Shown: one piece after another, positions 39,370 through 49,840 of the stretch | How the letters are laid out: each line of letters opens with the position of its first letter | How positions within the stretch are numbered: position 1 is the stretch's first letter | Origin: Ostreococcus lucimarinus | Taxonomy: Eukaryota | Assembly (NCBI GenBank): GCA_000092065.1 | Contig: CP000591.1 | Length of the DNA stretch: 64,000 bases | Reading direction: 5' to 3' (one strand) | Made by a program: the position numbers and the translations under genes | The notes under the pieces: model-generated | What the model was told of the DNA's origin: nothing | What the model saw: the letters and a program-made list of their open reading frames with translations, nothing else | The model's database searches: none

Positions 39370-40218
39370 ATGGCCTCGCGCGCGTCCGCGCCGTCGGCGC
39401 GCGCGACGTCGACGAAAACTCGGCGCGCGACGGGGAATCATCGCCGAACGATGATCGCGCGTCTCGCGCGTTCGCGCGTCGCGCGCGCGTCGAACGGCGA
39501 GGGAGACGAAGAATTTCGAGCGTCCGTGGATGGATTGAGGGAACCGTGCGACGATTTCGTGTGCAAGAGCTCGCCCGCGGTGGAGAACACGCTAAAGTCG
39601 TTGATTAAGGACATCAACGCGGCGCGAGGGACGAATCGAAGCGCGGCGCCGTACTCGCCCGACGTGACGTACGACGACGGCGCGCTGCGATTCGCGGGGA
39701 GCGAAAAGTATAAGCGGTACTGCTCGTACATCGAGAATAATCTGAGGCAGGTGACGACGAGGGTGACGGAGATATCGATGGAGGGGTCGCTGGACGTCGC
39801 GACGGTGAAGTGGGAGTTGAACGCGGTGAACGACATCGGAAGAGTCGGCGTGGACGTGACGGCGACGTATAAGATGAATTTGATCACGGGGCGAGTGTTG
39901 GAACACAGAGAGCAATGGGTGGTGAATCCAGCGAGGACGGATGCGCAGGCGGGGGCGTTGTTGGAGTCGACGCGAAAGGCGCACGCGTTGCCGCTCAACG
40001 CCATGGAGGTGGCGGACGAGGCGAAGAAGAAGTTTCGAGAGATTTCGAAATCGTTCGCGTCGGAGGACGACCAAGAAAATAGTAACATATACGTCGACCC
40101 GAACGACCCGATGAAGTTTTTCCAGCAAGACGACACGTCAAAGACGGATCTCTTGCAGTTGAGTCTCGTCGCCGCCGTCATCTATCTCCTGACGAAGGTT
40201 TTTCAAGTCTTGAATTGA
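39370..40218 (+). CDS. hypothetical protein with a C-terminal transmembrane anchor
   Basis: ORF with an Arg-rich N-terminus and a C-terminal hydrophobic segment LSLVAAVIYLLTKVF. No family recognised. Confidence 0.4.
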   Translation: MASRASAPSARATSTKTRRATGNHRRTMIARLARSRVARASNGEGDEEFRASVDGLREPCDDFVCKSSPAVENTLKSLIKDINAARGTNRSAAPYSPDVTYDDGALRFAGSEKYKRYCSYIENNLRQVTTRVTEISMEGSLDVATVKWELNAVNDIGRVGVDVTATYKMNLITGRVLEHREQWVVNPARTDAQAGALLESTRKAHALPLNAMEVADEAKKKFREISKSFASEDDQENSNIYVDPNDPMKFFQQDDTSKTDLLQLSLVAAVIYLLTKVFQVLN

Positions 40219-40251
40219 TATCGCTGTAATATTTATCACATCTGTGCCGCG

Positions 40252-41238
40252 CTATTCGATATCGTACGAGTCGCCAAACATCATGCGTCTCGCTTCGCCT
40301 TCCGAGCGAAGATGCTTGAGCGCCGTCGCAGCGCGCCGATCGACGCTGCCTCCTCCGCTCGAGCCACCGTCTCGCCGTCCTTTGTTCTTCCCTTTCTTTT
40401 TCCCTCGCCTCCTTAAAGACGTCACCGCGTCTTCGCCGTCCCGTCCCGACGCTGACGCCGACGCCGACGTCGAAGCATCGCTCGTCTCCGTCGCCTCCGT
40501 CGTCTCCGCCTTCTCGTTCTCCGGAATGCGTCCTCGCAGTCTCGCGAGTAACTTCCCACCCGTCGTGTGCTCCCATCCCGTCAAATCCGTCAGCCCAAAC
40601 TCCACCAAAAACTCTTCAAAATATTCCTCCGCCGTCACGCGATCGGGCTTTGGTAAGTTCTTATTCCTACTCTTTAACTTTTGCAAATAAAAGGCGCTCT
40701 GCATCAACGATTGCTTGTCCGCCGCTCTCGAAGTGTACTGCGCCACCGAAACGAACGACACACAAAACGCCGTAAACACCGTCATCACCAACCATGCGCT
40801 GAATTTCACCTCCTCCTTATCAAACGCGCTTCTCTTTCCAAATTTCGGTCTCGCAAACTTCGGCAACGACGCGATGACGTCGTCGTACTCTTTCCGCAGC
40901 GTCTCGTCGAGCAAAATTTTCTTCGCCTCGGCGATGACTTCAAAATGTTTCTTCGCCTTTTGGCGCTGCGCACGGTCCATCTCCTTCGGCAGTTTGTCCG
41001 GGTGCAAGCTCAGGGCGAGTTTACGGTACTTCTTCGCGATGATCGTGCTATTGGCGTCTCGTGCGACGTCCAGAGCGCCGTAAAAGTCGTTTCGAGCGTA
41101 GTGGATGAACTCATAGGTTGTCGACGCTTCGACGCCGCGCACGCGCGACGCGACGCACGCAAACGCGGATGCGCACGCGAACAAGGTCACATACCACGTC
41201 GCACGTCGGCGCGTCGCACGCGAACGCGCGTTCGACAT
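40252..41238 (-). CDS. DnaJ (J-domain) membrane protein, ER DNAJC1/DNAJC25-like topology
   Basis: Signal-like N-terminus and a J domain (YGALDVARDANSTIIAKKYRKLALSLHPDK). A TM follows (WLVMTVFTAFCVSFVSV), then a K/E-rich tail. ATG at 41238. Confidence 0.7.
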   Translation of the reverse strand: MSNARSRATRRRATWYVTLFACASAFACVASRVRGVEASTTYEFIHYARNDFYGALDVARDANSTIIAKKYRKLALSLHPDKLPKEMDRAQRQKAKKHFEVIAEAKKILLDETLRKEYDDVIASLPKFARPKFGKRSAFDKEEVKFSAWLVMTVFTAFCVSFVSVAQYTSRAADKQSLMQSAFYLQKLKSRNKNLPKPDRVTAEEYFEEFLVEFGLTDLTGWEHTTGGKLLARLRGRIPENEKAETTEATETSDASTSASASASGRDGEDAVTSLRRRGKKKGKNKGRRDGGSSGGGSVDRRAATALKHLRSEGEARRMMFGDSYDIE

Positions 41239-41379
41239 CGAGTCTCGTCGCTCGAGCGCGGGAATGTGTGGTTCTCGTCGTCTGGGCGGCGCTCGGGCGC
41301 CGCCGCGTCTCAGTTGTTTTTACAAACGCGCTATTCGCTGCGGCGCGTCGATGGTTTCGACGCGACGGTGACTGTGACT

Positions 41380-42402
41380 CTAATTTTTCGACTTTTTCCT
41401 AGGTGACCCGAACGCGTGCTCCGGTGGGCCTTGCGCATCGACGGCGCGAAGCGCGACGTCGCGCTCGACCTCGTCGATCATGGAGAACAAAAATTCGCCC
41501 AGCTCGTCGTCGGCGTCCATGAGGGATTGCATGACGTTCTCCACCGTGCCCTCGTCGATGAGTTCGCCCTTCGCTGGATCACCGTATTTCGACAGTTGCA
41601 CCTTACCGCGACCGCCGAGCGCGCCGACGATGACGTCCGCCATCTTCTTTTGCGCCGCGCCGTCGGCGAGCTCTGGCATGTGAAACGGACGCAGCGACCC
41701 GAGCGGCGCCTTCGCGCTCAACGGCGTCAGTTTCGGCGTCCCGTGCATCGATCGCGCCCCACTCGTAGACGCGACCGCGTTCCCGTTCGCCGTCGGCCCT
41801 CGTCCGGGAACGAACCGTTTCGGCGCCACGCTCGCCTTTTTCCGTCGATTCGAACCCGCCGGCGCCGGCGCCGCATCCGCCGCTCGTCTCGTCGCCGCGA
41901 TTTCCCTCTCCACGATTTCCTCCGATTCCGACTCCGACCTTTCGTCGTCATCCACCGCATCGCTCTCGCTCCCCGACGCTCCGCTCGCGTCGTCTCTCGT
42001 CCCTCTCCGTCCCCGTCCGCGTCCTTCGTCTCGCGACTTCGACTCGCGTCCCGCCAGCGCGTCGTCGATCACCTTCATCATCTTCCCCACCACTCCCGTG
42101 CAATGTCGTCGTCGATGCTCCGCGTCCTTCAACCGCACGTATTCATCGATCACGCGCTTCAAATCCTTCGTCTTTCTCCCCCCTCCGCGCGGCGCGTCGT
42201 CGCCGAGCGTCGTCGCCGCGTCTTTTAAAAACGCCTTTCTCGCGCCTTCGTACCCTTGTCGTTCGAGATAGCGCAGCACGACGCGCGCGACGTCCGCGTC
42301 GTCCACGCGCGCGGGTTTCGTCGCGCGCTTCATCGTCGCGCGCGCGTCGGAAGAGCGCGTCGCGGCGGCGTGTGACGCGCCGATGAGGATTCGCGCTGAC
42401 AT
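41380..42402 (-). CDS. LisH-motif-containing hypothetical protein
   Basis: DVARVVLRYLERQGYEGARKAFLKDA resembles a LisH helix pair. Acidic/Ser-rich middle. ATG at 42402 (alternative at 42333). Confidence 0.4.
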   Translation of the reverse strand: MSARILIGASHAAATRSSDARATMKRATKPARVDDADVARVVLRYLERQGYEGARKAFLKDAATTLGDDAPRGGGRKTKDLKRVIDEYVRLKDAEHRRRHCTGVVGKMMKVIDDALAGRESKSRDEGRGRGRRGTRDDASGASGSESDAVDDDERSESESEEIVEREIAATRRAADAAPAPAGSNRRKKASVAPKRFVPGRGPTANGNAVASTSGARSMHGTPKLTPLSAKAPLGSLRPFHMPELADGAAQKKMADVIVGALGGRGKVQLSKYGDPAKGELIDEGTVENVMQSLMDADDELGEFLFSMIDEVERDVALRAVDAQGPPEHAFGSPRKKSKN

Positions 42403-42468
42403 CGTTATCTAACCGTCGTCGTCATTCCGCGACGCGACGCGCTCTTCCGACGCCGAGACGCGCGCGCG

Positions 42469-44076
42469 ATGCTGCGACGATGCGCGAAACGCGTCCTCAC
42501 GTCGTCCGCGACGCTCGTCCGCGACGCGCGATCGACGCACGCGCTGGAACCGACGCGAATGATGTTTTCGAGCGTCGCGATCGGGACGCCTCGTAAACTC
42601 GTCACCCCTCGGAAACCGCTCGCGAGGACGCTCGCGCGCGCGTTCGCGACGTCGGGCGAAGAGCAAGACGTCGTCATCGTCGGCGGTGGGCCGGGAGGGT
42701 ACGTCGCCGCGATCAAGGCGGCGCAACTCGGGTTGAAGGTGACGTGCGTCGAGGGACGAGGGACCCTGGGCGGGACGTGCCTGAACGTCGGGTGCATCCC
42801 GAGCAAAGCGCTGCTGAACGCGAGCCACAAGTACGAGGAAGCGAAACATGGGATGGCGAAACACGGAATCACGTTCGGCGGTGAGGTCGCGATCGACGTG
42901 GAGACGATGATGGGACACAAGAGTAAAGCGGTGACGGGGTTGACCAAAGGCATCGAGGGACTGTTCAAGAAGAATAAGGTGACGTACGCGAAAGGGTGGG
43001 GGAAGCTCTTGAGCGCGAACGAAGTGAACGTGACGATGGAGGACGGAAGCTCGGAGGTGATTAAGACGAAGAATGTGGTGCTGGCGACTGGGTCGGTGCC
43101 GAGCGCGTTGCCGGGGGTGGATGCGGATGAGGAAACCATCGTCACGAGCACGGGGGCGCTGGAATTGAAAAAGGTTCCGGAAACCATGGTTGTTATCGGA
43201 GGCGGGGTCATCGGACTCGAACTTGGCAGCGTGTGGAGCCGATTGGGGGCGAAAGTCACCGTGGTGGAATTTGCGGATAAAATTTGCGGCGCAGGGATCG
43301 ACGACGAGATTCGCACGACGTTTCAGCGCTCGCTCAAGAAGCAAGGATTCAACTTTAAGTTATCCACTAAAGTCACCAAGGCGGTCAAGAAACCGGAAGG
43401 TGGAGTCACTTTGACCCTCGAACCGTCCGCGGGCGGTGAGCAAACCGAACTCGAGGCTGATATCGTGCTCGTGTCCACCGGGCGCCGTCCGTTCACCGAC
43501 GGTCTCGGATTGGAAGACGTCGGCGTGGAGACGAACAGGATGGGTCAAATTGTCATTGAACCGCACACTTTCAAGACCAACGTCCCGGGCGTGTTCGCGA
43601 TCGGTGACATCGTCGCGGGTCCGATGCTGGCGCACAAGGCTGAAGAAGAAGGCGTCTCCGTCGTCGAGCAAATCGCCGGTAAAAAGGGACACGTCAACTA
43701 CGACACGATCCCCTCCGTCATTTACACCCACCCCGAAGTCGCTTGGGTCGGGAAGACTGAGGCGGAAGTCAAAGAAATGGGCATCGAATACATCGTCGGT
43801 AAGTTTCCGCTCGCCGCCAACTCTCGCGCGCGGGCCAACGACGATTCTGAAGGCGTGGTGAAATTCCTCACCGACAAGGCCACCGGGAAGATTCTCGGCG
43901 CGCACATCGTTTCCGGCGGTGCCGGTGAACTTCTCGCCGAGTGCGTGCTCGCCATGGAGTACGGCGCTACGGCTGAAGACATCGCGCGCACGTGCCACTC
44001 GCACCCGACGGTTTCTGAGGCTGTCAAGGAAGCCGCGATGGCCGCGACGCCGGGAATGGGTTCCATTCACTTTTAA
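42469..44076 (+). CDS. LPD: dihydrolipoamide dehydrogenase (E3), mitochondrial
   Basis: Presequence, then VVIVGGGPGGYVAAIKAAQLG, redox CLNVGCIPSK, an NAD-binding GGGVIGLE, and an interface domain. ATG at 42469. Confidence 0.9.
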   Translation: MLRRCAKRVLTSSATLVRDARSTHALEPTRMMFSSVAIGTPRKLVTPRKPLARTLARAFATSGEEQDVVIVGGGPGGYVAAIKAAQLGLKVTCVEGRGTLGGTCLNVGCIPSKALLNASHKYEEAKHGMAKHGITFGGEVAIDVETMMGHKSKAVTGLTKGIEGLFKKNKVTYAKGWGKLLSANEVNVTMEDGSSEVIKTKNVVLATGSVPSALPGVDADEETIVTSTGALELKKVPETMVVIGGGVIGLELGSVWSRLGAKVTVVEFADKICGAGIDDEIRTTFQRSLKKQGFNFKLSTKVTKAVKKPEGGVTLTLEPSAGGEQTELEADIVLVSTGRRPFTDGLGLEDVGVETNRMGQIVIEPHTFKTNVPGVFAIGDIVAGPMLAHKAEEEGVSVVEQIAGKKGHVNYDTIPSVIYTHPEVAWVGKTEAEVKEMGIEYIVGKFPLAANSRARANDDSEGVVKFLTDKATGKILGAHIVSGGAGELLAECVLAMEYGATAEDIARTCHSHPTVSEAVKEAAMAATPGMGSIHF

Positions 44077-44126
44077 ACTCGCAGCGCTGCTTCATGTACA
44101 GTTTTAAGAACAAACAAATCTACTGA

Positions 44127-44936
44127 CTACATCCCAAACGCGTCCGTCTTCGCGCGCTGAATCTGAAACGCCGGCGACACCCACGCGCCGCACGAGCACT
44201 GAATCCCCGCCCAGTCAAACGCGCCGATTTTCGTCTCGCATTGCGGGCAGCACAATTTCCCGCGCGTCTCGCCGCCGTCGCCATCTTCGATGCCTTTCAT
44301 CCAGCTCAATGGCGTGAGAAACATCGACGAGCACTGCCTCGCACCCGCACAATCTCTATTTATGCCTTTTGAGCCTTCCTTACGTCGTGCTTTCCAACTA
44401 AACGCGTCGATGCCTTCGCCGTGTTCGTGACACAACACGTGCGTCGACCGCGCCAGCCGGCGTCGACATTTGCGACACGCGAGCCAACCGCCTCCCTCGG
44501 GATCGTCCACCGCATCCGCCGCTCCGGGGTCACGCATCACGCTCGTCGATTCCAAGTACCCGCGCTCGTCGCGTTCGCGCGCGACTTTCGCCACGGACCA
44601 CAATTTATACGCCTCGTTCGCCGTCGACACGCGACACCCCATTTGCGCCCACAACGACAACTGCGCCTGAAATCCCTCGTTAGGTGCCCCCCCGCGCGCT
44701 TCCACGCTCGCCATCGCCTGTTCTATTTCTAATTGTTCAAAGCGCATTAAATACGCCGCGACGACGGCTGCCGAGCGCGACTCGCCCGCGTGACAGTGCA
44801 CGGCGACGACGCTCGAGCTCGCGCTCGCGAGCGCCGTTTCAATAAAAGTCGTCGCCTCGGGCACGACGCCCAAGAGATCGGCCAGGTCATCGTCGGGAAG
44901 CGGCACGACGAGCGTGCGCGACGCGTCGATGCGTCC
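44127..44936 (-). CDS. DUSP12: dual-specificity phosphatase 12 (YVH1-like) exon 2: DSP domain plus C-terminal Cys-rich zinc-binding domain
   Basis: VHCHAGESRSAAVVAAYLM (HCxxGxxRS). C-terminal Cys/His cluster (CRKCRRRL...CHEHGEG...CCPQCETKIGAFDWAGIQCSCGAWVSP). Confidence 0.8.
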   Translation of the reverse strand, partial: GRIDASRTLVVPLPDDDLADLLGVVPEATTFIETALASASSSVVAVHCHAGESRSAAVVAAYLMRFEQLEIEQAMASVEARGGAPNEGFQAQLSLWAQMGCRVSTANEAYKLWSVAKVARERDERGYLESTSVMRDPGAADAVDDPEGGGWLACRKCRRRLARSTHVLCHEHGEGIDAFSWKARRKEGSKGINRDCAGARQCSSMFLTPLSWMKGIEDGDGGETRGKLCCPQCETKIGAFDWAGIQCSCGAWVSPAFQIQRAKTDAFGM

Positions 44937-45000
44937 CTGGCGGCGCAAAACCCGTCGCGCGTCAGTCGAGAGCTTCGGGACAAAAAGTGTACTTTCGCAC
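44937..45000 (-). other. spliceosomal intron, 64 nt, phase 0, with a CTGAC motif
   Basis: On the minus strand: cag|gtgcgaaag...ctcgactgacgcgcgacgggttttgcgccgccag|ggacgc. Without it exon 1 hits TGA after 8 codons. Confidence 0.6.
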
Positions 45001-45126
45001 CTGCGTCGGGTCTTCGGGCGGCGGCCAGCCGATGGAGACGACGTGGGTCACACTCTGCGCGTCGCATATCGATGGGAGATCATGCTCGGCGCAGAAGATC
45101 AAGCGCGCCGGGTGGACGGACGACAT
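45001..45126 (-). CDS. DUSP12: DUSP12 exon 1 (MSSVHPARLIFCAEHDLPSICDAQSVTHVVSIGWPPPEDPTQ)
   Basis: ATG at 45126. Typical DSP N-terminal beta-strand region. It joins in frame to exon 2 (…PTQ|GRIDAS…). Confidence 0.6.
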
Positions 45127-45221
45127 GATGTGCGGTGACGCGACGCGTGACGCTCGTTGAGGCTAAACGGTTGTTGAGCTTTTAGAGTCGCGGCGCGCTG
45201 CGCGCTGAAATTATCATTATA

Positions 45222-46592
45222 TCACGCGAGACTGGCGGTTTTGTTGTGGAATTCGGCGAGCAGCTTTTCGCGCCCGCATTCGATGGCCGCATCCATGGCT
45301 TCGCGCTCGCGTCGAGAGGCGTCGAGTTCGCGGCGCTCGAGCTCGAGCCGAGCTTCGCGCTCGGCGAATTTTTCTTCCGCCAAACGACGCACCTCTCTGG
45401 AGTGTTCGAGAAGTTTCATGCGGCGCTTTTGTGCGCTCAGTTGCTCCACGCGATCGTCTTCAGCGAGCTTTGCGGCGAGATCTCGCTGAAATTGTTTCTT
45501 TTCTTCCAAAGCTTGAGCCTCTCTCGCTTCTCGCGCGGCGACGGCGGCTTCGTATTCGCGACGCTGCTCATCGCGTCTTCGCGCAGCATTTTCGCGCTCT
45601 TCGGCTTCTTTCACGCGACACGCCTCTTCAAATTCTTCAAATCGCAATCGCGAAATCAGTTCGTCAAAGTCTGCGCGCTCTTGCGCGGCGCGCGTCTGCG
45701 AAGTCTCGACGGAAACGCGAGCGCGTTCTTTACGCTTCTCTTCTTTACGCTTCTCTTCTTCCTCTTTCGCCTCTCGCCGCGCCACCATCTCATCGTGTCG
45801 CATGATTTGCTCTTCCAACGCCTTCACCGCCTCAGCTTCGCGCGCGACTCGCGCTCGTTTCTCCTCCAGCGCCTTCGCCGCGTCGCGTTTCGCGCACTCT
45901 CTTCTCGCGATGGCTTCTCGTCTTTCCTCTTCATCTTCCGCCTCAATCTTTTTCACTAACTGCGCCATCTTCCGTCGCTCGTCCTCCTTCTCCATCGCTC
46001 GTTTGCTCATGCGAAGCGCCCGCTCCGCGTGCTGCGCGTCGAGCGCCTCGCGCGCCGCGATTTTCTTTGCCAACTTTGCCGCTCTCTCTCTCTCATCGCG
46101 CGCCACCCCTTCCAATCTCTCGCGTTCCATCTCCGCATCCAGCGCGCGCTGCCGCTCCATCTCCAACTTTTCCAACGCTTTCTTCTCCTCGATCTGGTTA
46201 TTTCGAATCGCGTGCGTCTCCATCGCCGACAGCCTCGCTCGCAGCGCTCGCATCGCGTCCGTCTCCAGCGCGCGCGCCGCCGTCGACGCCTCTCGACTCG
46301 CCCGCCGTTCCTCGTTCGCCTTCGCCCTCGACGCTCGCTCCAGCGTCGACGCCCGTCGCATCGTATCGTCTCGCGCGCCGTCTCGACCGCCTTCCGTCGC
46401 GTCGCCGCGCGTCGCCGCCGTCGTCGCGCGCGCCGCGTCGTCACCAAACTCGGCGTCGAGCGCCTCCAATCGTCTCTGCAGCGCCTCCTCCCGCGTCCCG
46501 CGTCGCAGCGCCTCGCGCACGTCGCGATTCCATCGCTCGCGCTCTCGAGCCTCGAGCTGTCGCGCCTCGCGCTCGCGCGCCAGCGCGCGCAT
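45222..46592 (-). CDS. E/R/K-rich coiled-coil protein (TPH/trichoplein-like; possibly flagellar MNS1/CFAP-like)
   Basis: ATG at 46592. 456 aa of near-continuous ERE/KRE heptads. Confidence 0.45.
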   Translation of the reverse strand: MRALAREREARQLEARERERWNRDVREALRRGTREEALQRRLEALDAEFGDDAARATTAATRGDATEGGRDGARDDTMRRASTLERASRAKANEERRASREASTAARALETDAMRALRARLSAMETHAIRNNQIEEKKALEKLEMERQRALDAEMERERLEGVARDERERAAKLAKKIAAREALDAQHAERALRMSKRAMEKEDERRKMAQLVKKIEAEDEEERREAIARRECAKRDAAKALEEKRARVAREAEAVKALEEQIMRHDEMVARREAKEEEEKRKEEKRKERARVSVETSQTRAAQERADFDELISRLRFEEFEEACRVKEAEERENAARRRDEQRREYEAAVAAREAREAQALEEKKQFQRDLAAKLAEDDRVEQLSAQKRRMKLLEHSREVRRLAEEKFAEREARLELERRELDASRREREAMDAAIECGREKLLAEFHNKTASLA

Positions 46593-47205
46593 CGCGTCGC
46601 GTCGCTTCGCGCTGTGACGATTTATGTCGCGCTCAACGCTAATTTTAGCGCGCGCTATAAATATCGCGCGACGCGACGCGCGTCGATCGACGCGCGCGCG
46701 AGATCCGAGATCGCGTTGTTACCGTTCGCATTACACCCGTCGCCGTCGCCCTCGCGCGCTCGAGCGCTCGCCCTCGCGCGCGCTCGACCCTCGCCGACCC
46801 TCGCCGACCCTCGTCGCGATCGCTCGATCGCCGCGCGCGTCGCGCCGCGCCGCCCTCGCGCGCGTCGCGCCGCGCCCATCGACGTCGCGCGTCACGCCGC
46901 GTCCGATCTCGCGCCCTTGGCGCGTCGCGCCTTGTCCGCGGCGACGTAGACGGCGAACGCGCCGGCGCCGAGCGCGAGCCCCGGGAACGCGCGCGACCAC
47001 GGTTTGTTCAGCAGCGGGTGCGCGCGCCACGCGTCGGCGCGCGCGAACGGGTTCGACGTCGGCATCGCGCGCGTTCGCGCGCGGTCGCGAGAGGCGGCAG
47101 CGCGCGCGTGTGACGCGCGCGCGAAGCGTCACCGTTTCGAATTCGACTCGACTCGACAGCGCGGCGCGCGACGTCGCGTCGACCGCGCGCGCGTCGTGCG
47201 CGACG

Positions 47206-48297
47206 ATGCCGCCGCGGCGCGACGCGCCGCTCGAGGCGTGCGAGGCGTGCTCGACGGACGACGAGGACGCGCTGCGAGCGACGCTCGCGACGACGCCGTG
47301 CACGATCGTGGACGCGCGCGGGAACACGCTCCTGCACCTGTGCTGCGCGAACGACGCGCTGCGATGCGCGAAATTAGTCGTGTCGCGGTGCGTGTTCGCG
47401 TCGACGCCGCCGGAGCGGGCGTACCTGACGCTGAGGAACTCGGACGGGGAGACGGCGGCGGATGTCGCGGAGGCGTGCGGGAGCGCGAGGTGCGCGGAGT
47501 GGTTGGCGAAGATGACGGGCGCGGAACGCGTCGCGACGAACGATGCGCGACGAAAAGACGTGGGGAAGGGCGAGAGGCGACGCGCGGACGACGAACGGCG
47601 ACGAAAGAGGTCGGGAGATGGGGAGACGGAGGCGACGACGCGCGCGCGGGAATCGTTGGTGCGGTCGATTCGAGAGGCGCTGAATATCGGGCCAGGGGAC
47701 GACGGCGACGAGCGGGCGGCGGTGCGGCAGGTGTTGAGGGAGGTTTTGAATCTCGTGAGCGATCGCGAGAGCGCGCGAAGGGAGTTGGAGGAGGCGCATC
47801 GAAAGATTGAAGCGATGGAACGAGACGCGGAGCGGGAACGCGCAAACGTCGTCGAGGCGCTGGGGATGGCGGAGAAGCGGGCGAAGGAGATGATTTCGGA
47901 GCGCGAAGCGCGCGAAAAGGACATCTGCGCGGAGAAAACGGCGCTGAGTGAGGCCCTGAACGCGACTGGGGCGGAGTACGAAGCGGGATACGCGAAGGGG
48001 TGGGCGGACGCGTTGCAGCTGCCGAGTCGCGAATACGTTCGCGCGCAGATGAAGCTCGAGAAGAGCGCTTCCGCGAGCAGCGCGTCGGAGAGCGCGACGC
48101 CGGCGCTGGCGACGGATGATGCGTGCGAAGCGTTCGCGGACGTATCGCTCGATGGTTCCGCGTCCATCGCGTCGCGCGTGACCAACGTTTTTAAGGAAAC
48201 ATTCGTCGGCGTGAAGAAGCGCGTAGATGAGCTAGAAAAGTCGCTCACGGGGAGCGCCGAGAAGAAGAATCCTCCGCGCGCGTCGCCGTCGTCGTGA
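47206..48297 (+). CDS. ankyrin-repeat protein with a C-terminal coiled coil
   Basis: GNTLLHLCCANDALRCAKLVV ankyrin consensus and a second repeat. First ATG at 47206; the upstream part of the track ORF is R-rich non-ATG. Confidence 0.55.
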   Translation: MPPRRDAPLEACEACSTDDEDALRATLATTPCTIVDARGNTLLHLCCANDALRCAKLVVSRCVFASTPPERAYLTLRNSDGETAADVAEACGSARCAEWLAKMTGAERVATNDARRKDVGKGERRRADDERRRKRSGDGETEATTRARESLVRSIREALNIGPGDDGDERAAVRQVLREVLNLVSDRESARRELEEAHRKIEAMERDAERERANVVEALGMAEKRAKEMISEREAREKDICAEKTALSEALNATGAEYEAGYAKGWADALQLPSREYVRAQMKLEKSASASSASESATPALATDDACEAFADVSLDGSASIASRVTNVFKETFVGVKKRVDELEKSLTGSAEKKNPPRASPSS

Positions 48298-48345
48298 GCT
48301 GATTCGAATCGCTCACCGGTTGTACTGTGTTGTAATTCGTATGTA

Positions 48346-49458
48346 TTAAACGTGCCAGCACCGCACGCTCTTGTCGTAAAAGCTACACGTCACGAGGACG
48401 TCTGACGAATCGTCGTCGCCGTCTAATTGCACCCAATCCGCGCCGTAAACTATCGACTCGTGTTCATCGTACGTAAATACCTCCTTGAGTGCGCCGCTGG
48501 CGTCGTCGACGTCGACGAGCACGGCGCCACCGCCCATGGCGGCGCACGCGAGCGCGTTTCGCGTCGGATGCCATCGACATCGCCACGCGCCGCCGCCGAC
48601 GTTCAGCTCGCTCACGGGGGATTTCATCGACCTGACGTCCCACAACCGCACGTGATCGTCGTAAGATCCCGTGACGACGGTATTTTCATCTCGCGGCGAC
48701 GGCACGACGCACGTCACGCCGGCGCAGTGCGTCTTACGATTGACCATTTGCGCCCTCGACGCGTCGCGCAAATCCCAAGCCTTGAAAGCGCAATCATCCG
48801 CGCCCGTGTACAGCACGTCCGCGCGAGTCGCGTCGAACGCGATCGCCCACATCTCTAAATCGTGTGCACCCTCGACGGTATCCACGATCTCGATCGCAGA
48901 CGCGTCCTCGCGCATCACTCGAAAACTCCCATCGGCGGCGCTCGCCGCGAGCGCGCCGTCGGATCGCCAATCCAAACACGTCGCCATCCCGAGCCCACCG
49001 CCGCCGCAGTGCACTTTCGCGAGCGTCTGAAACTCAATTCTCCACCCCGCGTCCTCGCCGTCGCTCTCTCGACTCCCCTCGACGTCCTCCGCGCGCGCCA
49101 GCGTCAAAAACCCGTCGGCGTCCGCGAACGCGCACCGATTCCAATCCCCCTCGCGCGCGCTCCAGCGCGCCTCGAAAACCGCCCCGATCGCGTTCGACGC
49201 GTCATCGTCCGCGTACCGCCCCACCTGTCGCGCGCGAACGACGGCGCCGCCATCGTCGTCCGTCGCGCGCTCGACGCCGTACGCCCTCGCGCCGCCCACC
49301 CGTCGCCCTCTCGACGCCTCGTGTTCGTATTCCGTCACCAGCACCACCCCCCGGCGCGCCCCTCCGCGCGCGCGACGACTCTCCACCCCGCACGCGCCGT
49401 GATTCGTGCGCAGCGCCGCGTGCGTCGTCGCCCGACGGCGATCTTCCGTCTCGACCAT
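48346..49458 (-). CDS. WD40-repeat protein (possibly DPH7/WDR85-like)
   Basis: Several WD units ending AWDLR, LWDVR, CWHV. ATG at 49458. Confidence 0.55.
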   Translation of the reverse strand: MVETEDRRRATTHAALRTNHGACGVESRRARGGARRGVVLVTEYEHEASRGRRVGGARAYGVERATDDDGGAVVRARQVGRYADDDASNAIGAVFEARWSAREGDWNRCAFADADGFLTLARAEDVEGSRESDGEDAGWRIEFQTLAKVHCGGGGLGMATCLDWRSDGALAASAADGSFRVMREDASAIEIVDTVEGAHDLEMWAIAFDATRADVLYTGADDCAFKAWDLRDASRAQMVNRKTHCAGVTCVVPSPRDENTVVTGSYDDHVRLWDVRSMKSPVSELNVGGGAWRCRWHPTRNALACAAMGGGAVLVDVDDASGALKEVFTYDEHESIVYGADWVQLDGDDDSSDVLVTCSFYDKSVRCWHV

Positions 49459-49840
49459 TCGCGCCTCACCGCGCCTTCGCGCCCCTCCGCGCGCGCGCTC
49501 TACGCGCTCTCGGCGCCGAAGAGCGCCTGCACGACGTACGTCGAGGCGCGAATAACGCCGCACCAGGCGAGGAGGTACGTCGCGTGACGCTTGAGTTCGT
49601 CGTTTTTCATCGCGCGCGTTGTTGAGTGCGGATGCGCGCGGGCGCGATGTCCCGAGGCGCGCAGAGCGCGACGCGGCGGCGCGCGCGCGGAGAAACGCGC
49701 GCGCGCGAACGGTCGCATCGCGCGCCGTCGTCGCCGCGCGATCGGGCGCGCGGACGCGCGCGTGAGGTCGGCGTCGACGCGGCGTGACGCAAAAGACGGT
49801 TCGTGTCCAGAGCTATTTTTAAGCGAGCGGTTCGACGCGA